Source of the DNA: a virus
Taxonomy: Duplodnaviria; Heunggongvirae; Uroviricota; Caudoviricetes
DNA: 44,064 nucleotides
Reading direction: 5' to 3' (one strand)
Virus record (IMG/VR): IMGVR_UViG_2711768014_000006
Part shown: piece by piece, positions 38,426-44,064 of the stretch
Layout of the letters: each line of letters starts with the position of its first letter
Numbering within the stretch: the first letter of the stretch is position 1
Program-made: the position numbers and the translations under genes
Notes under the pieces: generated by a model
Told to the model about the DNA's origin: nothing
Seen by the model: only the letters and a program-made list of their open reading frames with translations
Databases searched by the model: none

Positions 38426-39116
38426 ACTTATTCACTATAACGACAATATCGTCGGTTATGGCTCCCGTGAGTTACGGGTTGAGACAATAAGTTGCTGGCT
38501 GGCCCGGCTGGTCGTCGTCAATAAACATTACAGCCATCGTTTCGTAAATAATTCCTACCTTCATCTGGGCATATTTTCAGAACGGGAGCTGGTTGGCGTA
38601 ATGCAATGGGGTTATGCCCTTAATCCAAACAATGGTGCACGCGTCGTAACTGGCACGCAGAACCGCGAATATATGGAGCTTAACCGGTTATGGCTGCATG
38701 ACTGTATGCCGAGAAACTCCGAATCAAGGGCAATCAGTTACGCGCTCAAACTAATCAGACAACTTTATCCGCAGGTGCAGTGGGTTCAGTCGTTTGCAGA
38801 TGAGCGTTGTGGCTGTCTTGGTGTCGTGTACCAGGCAAGCAATTTTGATTATGTAGGCAGTCATGAAACAACATTCTATGAACTTGATGGCGAGTGGTAT
38901 CACGAGATTTGCAAGAATGCAATCAAACGAGGAGGACAGCGAGGTGAACATCTGCGGGCTAATATCGACAGAGCCAGTGTTCATAAATTCCGTCAGTTTC
39001 GTTACATCCGGTTTCTGGACAAGAGAGCCAGAAAACGCCTTAACACAAAGCTATTCAAAGTCCAGCCTTACCCAAAACCACAAACAGTTAAAACTGGTTT
39101 GAAAGAGAGTGAATGA
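38379..39116 (+). CDS. mom: Mom-like DNA modification protein; start uncertain (the open frame extends upstream to 38184)
   Basis: Frame overlaps the 3' end of com as in Mu; a GTG at 38379 gives about 245 aa, close to the ~241 aa I recall for Mu Mom. Confidence 0.55.
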   Translation: MGNRKQVTSRIISTPELIHYNDNIVGYGSRELRVETISCWLARLVVVNKHYSHRFVNNSYLHLGIFSERELVGVMQWGYALNPNNGARVVTGTQNREYMELNRLWLHDCMPRNSESRAISYALKLIRQLYPQVQWVQSFADERCGCLGVVYQASNFDYVGSHETTFYELDGEWYHEICKNAIKRGGQRGEHLRANIDRASVHKFRQFRYIRFLDKRARKRLNTKLFKVQPYPKPQTVKTGLKESE

Positions 39117-39161
39117 ACGCTTAAAAACTCATTCTAAAACTCAAAAGAAAAGCGCCGATTT

Positions 39162-39230
39162 AGTATCAAATAAGTTGCGTATCGGCGTTTTTCAGCGGTA
39201 TCAAATGAAATGCAAATCGGTATCAAAAAA
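39162..39230 (-). repeat. Right-end transposase binding sites (three contiguous inverted copies of the TTTGATAC motif)
   Basis: AGTATCAAA (39162-39170), CGGTATCAAA (39197-39206), TCGGTATCAAA (39218-39228); contiguous like Mu R1-R3. Confidence 0.5.
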
Positions 39231-39274
39231 ATCGCCGCGCTATAGACAGCCTAAGCGGCTGCTGACCTCCCTGA

Positions 39275-39830
39275 CCATGCTGTAAATCTCTTTATCCTGG
39301 TTGTCACAGAATAAGCCCGGTAAAATACGGGCTTATGAACGACATCTCTTCTGACGACATCTTCCTGCTGAAACAGCGCCTTGCCGAACGTCAGTTGAAA
39401 ACGAAACCGCTGCTGAAATCCCTGGAAAGCTGGCTGCGTGAAAAGATGAAAACCCTGTCGCGACACTCAGAACTGGCGAAAGCGTTCGCATATGCCCTGA
39501 ACCAGTGGCCGGCGCTGACGTACTATGCAGATGATGGCTGGGCTGAGGCGGACAATAACATCGCTGAAAATGCGTTGCGGATGGTCAGTCTGGGCCGCAA
39601 AAACTACCTGTTCTTCGGTTCGGATCATGGAGGAGAGCGGGGAGCGCTGCTGTACAGCCTGATCGGGACGTGCAAACTGAACGGAGTGGAGCCAGAAAGC
39701 TACCTCCGCTATGTCCTTGACGTCATAGCCGACTGGCCGATAAACCGGGTCGGCGAACTGCTCCCCTGGCGCGTAGCACTGCCGACTGAATAACACATTC
39801 CCGTCAATACGGTTCTTGCTGCACGCTTAC
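39275..39830 (+). mobile_element. IS66-family element, right portion, ending at the IS terminus
   Basis: Reverse complement of 39813-39830 is GTAAGCGTGCAGCAAGAA, the GTAA-type terminal repeat of IS66-family elements as I recall it. Confidence 0.55.
39335..39793 (+). pseudogene. IS66-family transposase TnpC, C-terminal fragment (about 150 of ~520 aa)
   Basis: ...ADDGWAEADNNIAENALRMVSLGRKNYLFFGSDHGGERGALLYSLIGTCKLNGVEPESYLRYVLDVIADWPINRVGELLPW matches the conserved C-terminus of IS66 transposases; the N-terminal two thirds are absent. Confidence 0.75.
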
Positions 39831-39846
39831 GGTAAACACCCCGGAA

Positions 39847-40875
39847 GTGGTGATGCACACTGTTGCTGATGTGATGACAGGAAACGATGGTGAATACTGT
39901 TTCCATGCGCGGACTGGAAAATATGGTGTGTATCTGAAACCGGGCTGGCACAACGAGTACAACGTTGGCGACATTGCTGTATACGACGACTCAAAGCCCG
40001 GCACGCTGAATGACTTTCTGATTGCTCCTGATGAGGGCGACCTGAAACCGGATGTCGTCAAACGCTTTGAGGAAATGGTGGCGCAGGCGCAGCAGAGCGC
40101 CGGGGCAGCAGGCGAAAAGGCACAACAGAAGTCCCGGGATAATCTGGGGCTGAAAAGTGCGGCCACGATGGAAGCACAGAGCGACATTTACGACCGGACA
40201 AAAGGCCGTCTGGCGATACCCGGCGCATTCGGCTTTGGGTGTGCTTTTCTGCCTGAAGATGTTATCCGTTTTGACACTAAGAGTGATTTCCTGGCCTGGG
40301 TAAGGAATGCGCTGCCAGGTGAATATTCCGTTGCTGGCCCCTACGACATCATCATACCCGACACACGGTTTGAAGGGGTGCTCAGCATCCGGTGGACTGA
40401 TGCACGCCCTGAGACAACAGAACCGAGGTACAGAGCCAAATCCCTTACTTTTTACGGCATTAACGGCCCCATTTATCACACCCGCTACTGCTACTGGCCC
40501 ATATCCAGACTGACTGGCTGGGTGAAAATAAATATAACCACAGAAGATATTATTTACAGAATCGTGGCGAGCTCTGTCTGCAACAGATGGGGAGACCCTG
40601 ACATTGGCGGGCTGATTATTGCTGCGTACCAGGGAGAAGCTGACGGTGATAAAGTCATCAGACTTGTCAGGGGGCAGTCATACAGAGGCTCACGACTGGG
40701 ACCGGTGGGGATTTCAGTGCCCAGTACTCCCACCGGAACGTATATAGCATCCCCACAATTTTTCATTACGGGATGTTCAGAGCATTCATTACCGGGGTCA
40801 TATTGCGCCCTGTCCGGGGTGCCGGATGCTCATGTCTCTGGCGCAATGCCCGGGCTTTTTATTCGCACATCGTGA
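39847..40875 (+). CDS. Phage tail-fibre-like protein, probably a C-terminal fragment truncated by the IS66 insertion
   Basis: 342-aa ORF beginning 17 bp after the IS66 terminus, followed by a chaperone-like gene. Confidence 0.4.
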   Translation: MVMHTVADVMTGNDGEYCFHARTGKYGVYLKPGWHNEYNVGDIAVYDDSKPGTLNDFLIAPDEGDLKPDVVKRFEEMVAQAQQSAGAAGEKAQQKSRDNLGLKSAATMEAQSDIYDRTKGRLAIPGAFGFGCAFLPEDVIRFDTKSDFLAWVRNALPGEYSVAGPYDIIIPDTRFEGVLSIRWTDARPETTEPRYRAKSLTFYGINGPIYHTRYCYWPISRLTGWVKINITTEDIIYRIVASSVCNRWGDPDIGGLIIAAYQGEADGDKVIRLVRGQSYRGSRLGPVGISVPSTPTGTYIASPQFFITGCSEHSLPGSYCALSGVPDAHVSGAMPGLFIRTS

Positions 40876-40885
40876 GGAATGCACC

Positions 40886-41798
40886 GTGGAAATTAAAAAA
40901 ATCATTAATCCCCGTTATACCGAAAGTGGCGCAGTAGACTGTGACGTTTTTTTTGACGACAGGGACCAGGCAGTCCCCTACACAGCCACCGCTGATGATG
41001 TCGCACCGACGGGTCAGCGAATCTGGCAGGAACTGCAAAGTGGCAAATGGGGTGAGATAGCCCCATTCACTGTGACACCAGAAATGCTGGAAGCGGCCAG
41101 AGAGGCCAGACGTCAGGAAATTGAAGCATGGCGCACAGAACAGGAGGCGAAGCCGTTCACGTTTGAATGGAATGGTCGTATCTGGAATGCTGGCCCCGAC
41201 TCACTGGGCCGCCTGTCCCCGGTAGTCATGCTGGCAAAATCTGTCACAGCACAAACNNNNNNNNNNNNNNNNNNNNNNNNNNNNNNNNNNNNNNNNNNNN
41301 NNNNNNNNNNNNNNNNNNNNNNNNNNNNNNNNNNNNNNNNNNNNNNNNNNNNNNNNNNNNNNNNNNNNNNNNNNNNNNNNNNNNNNNNNNNNNNNNNNNN
41401 NNNNNNNNNNNNNNNNNNNNNNNNNNNNNNNNNNNNNNNNNNNNNNNNNNNNNNNNNNNNNNNNNNNNNNNNNNNNNNNNNNNNNNNNNNNNNNNNNNNN
41501 NNNNNNNNNNNNNNNNNNNNNNNNNNNNNNNNNNNNNNNNNNNNNNNNNNNNNNNNNNNNNNNNNNNNNNNNNNNNNNNNNNNNNNNNNNNNNNNNNNNN
41601 NNNNNNNNNNNNNNNNNNNNNGATGCCGATAATCAGCAGGTGAAACTGTCGATGCCGGAACTGGAAGAACTGGCGGCAGCAATGGTGCAGGCGCAGGTCG
41701 ATCGCAACGATGAGATTTATCGCCGTCAGCGTGAAATGAAAGAGGAGCTGAGTGGTCTGGAGGATTTGGGAACAATTAGAGCGTTTGATGTTACGTAA
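40886..41798 (+). CDS. Tail-fibre assembly/chaperone-like protein, interrupted by the assembly gap
   Basis: GTG start after GAGGAA; coding resumes after the N run and ends at TAA 41796-41798; frame continuity across the gap cannot be checked. Confidence 0.35.
41257..41621. other. Assembly gap (365 N)
   Basis: Run of N characters. Confidence 0.99.
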
Positions 41799-41844
41799 TT
41801 GGTAAGCTGCATCGTGTTAAATTGTTACCCTTATTTACAACTAG

Positions 41845-41878
41845 AAAAGCCTCTGACTTCATAATCAGAGGCTTTTTT
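41845..41878 (+). terminator. Rho-independent terminator
   Basis: AAAAGCCTCTGA-loop-TCAGAGGCTTTTTT. Confidence 0.6.
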
Positions 41879-41996
41879 GAAATGCACGTGCATTTTGCGT
41901 GTATATTTTTGTCTTTTTCTGGTCCGCTTACTGTCTGGTCAGTGTCCGTAAGTGACTGTTTTTATAGTCTCTGTCCGGTTGCAGTCCTGTCAAAAG

Positions 41997-42359
41997 TGGT
42001 GGAGCTGGCGGGAGTTGAACCCGCGTCCGAAATTCCTACATCCTCGGTACTACATGCTTAGTCAGTCTTTACATTCGCTTGCCAGCTGCGGACGGACACG
42101 CCACTAACAAACTAGCCTGATTAAGTTTTAACGCTTCAACCCCAGGCAGGGCTTCCACGCGATCTCTTTTGGGTTTGACCTCTCTTGATCCCCGTCCTAA
42201 GAGCGGAGGCTAGGGAGAGAGGGCTCTAAGCAGGTTATTAAGCTGCTAAAGCGTAGTTTTCGTCGTTTGCGACTATTTTTTGCGGCTTTTTACGAGGCCA
42301 ACCGCCCCTCGGCATGCACCTTGGGTTTCGCAAATCCCGTCGAATCCAGAATCAGCCCC
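41997..42359 (-). ncRNA. ssrA: tmRNA (SsrA), 363 nt
   Basis: Reverse complement reads GGGGCTGATTCTGGATTCGACGGG...tag-peptide region...GGACGCGGGTTCAACTCCCGCCAGCTCCACCA, the enterobacterial ssrA sequence. Confidence 0.95.
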
Positions 42360-42573
42360 AATGTGTAAAGGTAAGTATACCAGATTTATGAGCGCCATGA
42401 CCAGCCTCAATGGCGTTATCGTTAAAGATTTAGCACCCATGTAGCCTGATTTTTATTCGATTAAGCAATGGGATGGCAACATTTGTGTCGGATGTGATAG
42501 CCAATAAGATGTTCATTCGCGCCGCCGGAGAGGGAGGCGCGGTGAGGAACTGGTCAATAATTGGAGTGCAGGT

Positions 42574-43056
42574 TTAACGGTGGGCGTTTTTCATGATACG
42601 TGCTTTATCCACCTGCCATTCGCGTTCTTTGATATCTGAACGTTTATCGTGCTGTTTTTTACCTTTGGCGACGCCGATTTTCACTTTGCACCAGGCATTT
42701 TTCCAGTACAGGGAGAGCGCCACTACGGTATAGCCTTCTCGATTGACGCGACCGTACAATGAGTCCAGTTCGCGCTGGTTGAGAAGTAACTTGCGGGTAC
42801 GGGTAGGATCGCACACCACATGCGTGGAGGCCACGGCCATTGGCGTGATGTTAGCGCCAAACAGAAATGCCTCTCCGTCACGCAGAAGGACGTAGCTGTC
42901 GCTGATATTGGCTTTTCCTGCGCGCAGGGATTTAACTTCCCAGCCTTGCAGGGCAAGTCCCGCTTCGAACTCTTCTTCGATAAAGTATTCGTGACGGGCG
43001 CGCTTGTTAAGCGCGATGGTCGCTGAACCAGGTTTATGTGCTTTTTTCTTCGTCAT
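42574..43056 (-). CDS. smpB: SsrA-binding protein SmpB
   Basis: 160-aa product [44 protein letters not shown]...; upstream of ssrA on the same strand. Confidence 0.95.
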
Positions 43057-43187
43057 AAGCGTCGTGAATCATCGGTAATCTGAAATCGAAAACACCCCAT
43101 ATCAATCCTGCGGGGGACAAGGCTCTATCTTAGCATGAACCCGATGTTACCCAGCGCCGGGATAGCGTTTTTTTTACAGCAGGATAA

Positions 43188-43664
43188 ATGATATTATTTG
43201 TTGGATTTTTGTTGATGGAAATAGTTATGCCTCAGATTAGCCGGACCGCACTGGTACCCTACAGCGCGGAGCAAATGTATCAGTTAGTGAATGACGTTCA
43301 GTCTTATCCTCAGTTTTTGCCGGGTTGTACCGGAAGTCGGATTCTGGAGTCCACTCCTGGGCAGATGACTGCGGCGGTAGATGTCTCTAAGGCTGGGATC
43401 AGCAAAACGTTTACTACCCGCAACCAGTTGACCAGTAACCAAAGTATTCTTATGAATCTGGTGGATGGGCCGTTCAAGAAATTGATTGGTGGATGGAAGT
43501 TTACGCCGCTGAGCCAGGAGGCGTGTCGTATCGAGTTTCATCTCGACTTTGAGTTTACCAATAAGTTGATTGAACTCGCCTTTGGTCGCGTGTTTAAAGA
43601 GCTGGCGTCTAATATGGTCCAGGCTTTTACGGTTCGTGCGAAAGAGGTTTACAGTGCTAGGTAA
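43188..43664 (+). CDS. ratA: Ribosome association toxin RatA (YfjG, SRPBCC family)
   Basis: 158-aa product, divergent from smpB as in E. coli. Confidence 0.85.
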   Translation: MILFVGFLLMEIVMPQISRTALVPYSAEQMYQLVNDVQSYPQFLPGCTGSRILESTPGQMTAAVDVSKAGISKTFTTRNQLTSNQSILMNLVDGPFKKLIGGWKFTPLSQEACRIEFHLDFEFTNKLIELAFGRVFKELASNMVQAFTVRAKEVYSAR

Positions 43665-43944
43665 AATTGCCGTTGAGGTGGCTTATGCGCTACCTGAGAA
43701 GCAGTACCTGCAGCGCGTGACGCTGCAGGAGGGCGCGACGGTTGAAGAAGCTATTCGCGCCAGTGGCTTGCTGGAATTGCGTACCGATATCGATTTAACT
43801 AAAAACAAAGTCGGCATTTACAGCCGTCCGGCAAAACTAAGCGATAGTGTGCATGATGGCGATCGGGTGGAGATTTATCGCCCTCTCATTGCCGATCCGA
43901 AAGAGCTTCGCAGGCAACGAGCAGAAAAATCAGCGAATAAATAA
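43654..43944 (+). CDS. rnfH: RnfH/RatB (YfjF) family protein
   Basis: GTG start overlapping the ratA 3' end; 96-aa product [27 protein letters not shown]... Confidence 0.8.
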   Translation: MLGKIAVEVAYALPEKQYLQRVTLQEGATVEEAIRASGLLELRTDIDLTKNKVGIYSRPAKLSDSVHDGDRVEIYRPLIADPKELRRQRAEKSANK

Positions 43945-44019
43945 CAGACAGAAAAAAGGTGCTCATTGAGCTAATGCCGATCAGTTAAGGATCAGTTGAC
44001 CGATCCAGTGGCTGTGTAA

Positions 44020-44054
44020 GAATCCGGAAACGCTCACTTGTTTCCGGATTTTTT
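44020..44054 (+). terminator. Rho-independent terminator
   Basis: ATCCGGAAAC-loop-GTTTCCGGAT followed by TTTTTTT. Confidence 0.55.
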
Positions 44055-44064
44055 TATGCACATT

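Larger units (their letters stand above)
625..39240 (+). mobile_element. Mu-like transposable prophage (repressor side at left, com-mom at right); ends approximate
   Basis: Complete Mu gene order c, ner, A, B, gam, gemA, mor/C, lys, terminase, portal, F, G, I, T, L, M, tape measure, N, P, baseplate, S/U invertible segment, gin, com, mom; end-specific repeats TTTGATACCGA at both ends in inverted orientation. Confidence 0.8.

Noticed and set aside
41113-41775. ORFs 41113..41775 (-) and 41167..41643 (+) reported across the N run
   Set aside because: Artefacts of translating the 365-nt assembly gap
1-44064. CRISPR array, rRNA or integron signatures
   Set aside because: No regularly spaced direct repeats with unique spacers, no rRNA-like segments and no attC-like structures were seen

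Overview
The window is dominated by a ~38.6 kb Mu-like transposable prophage (about 625..39240, + orientation), inserted at the tnpB/tnpC junction of an IS66-family element whose pieces flank it (1..624 and ~39275..39830). Downstream lie a prophage remnant (tail-fibre-like fragment and assembly-chaperone-like gene, the latter broken by a 365-nt run of N), then the chromosomal ssrA (tmRNA), smpB, ratA and rnfH/ratB genes. The prophage carries the full Mu gene order: repressor, ner, transposase A, B, a semi-essential early region with many small unknown ORFs, gam, gemA, one Mor/C-family activator, lysis genes, terminase, portal, head, tail and baseplate genes, a Gin-type invertible tail-fibre segment, and com-mom. 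The most unusual content is accessory cargo: a 684-aa SGNH/sialate-O-acetylesterase-like protein with three small genes between gin and com-mom; a block of unknown early genes including a zinc-ribbon protein and a convergent overlapping gene pair; and a tRNA-like element between head genes F and G. No CRISPR array or rRNA was seen. All product calls are from reading the translated ORFs and recalling protein families; no database search was run, and prophage and IS boundaries are approximate.
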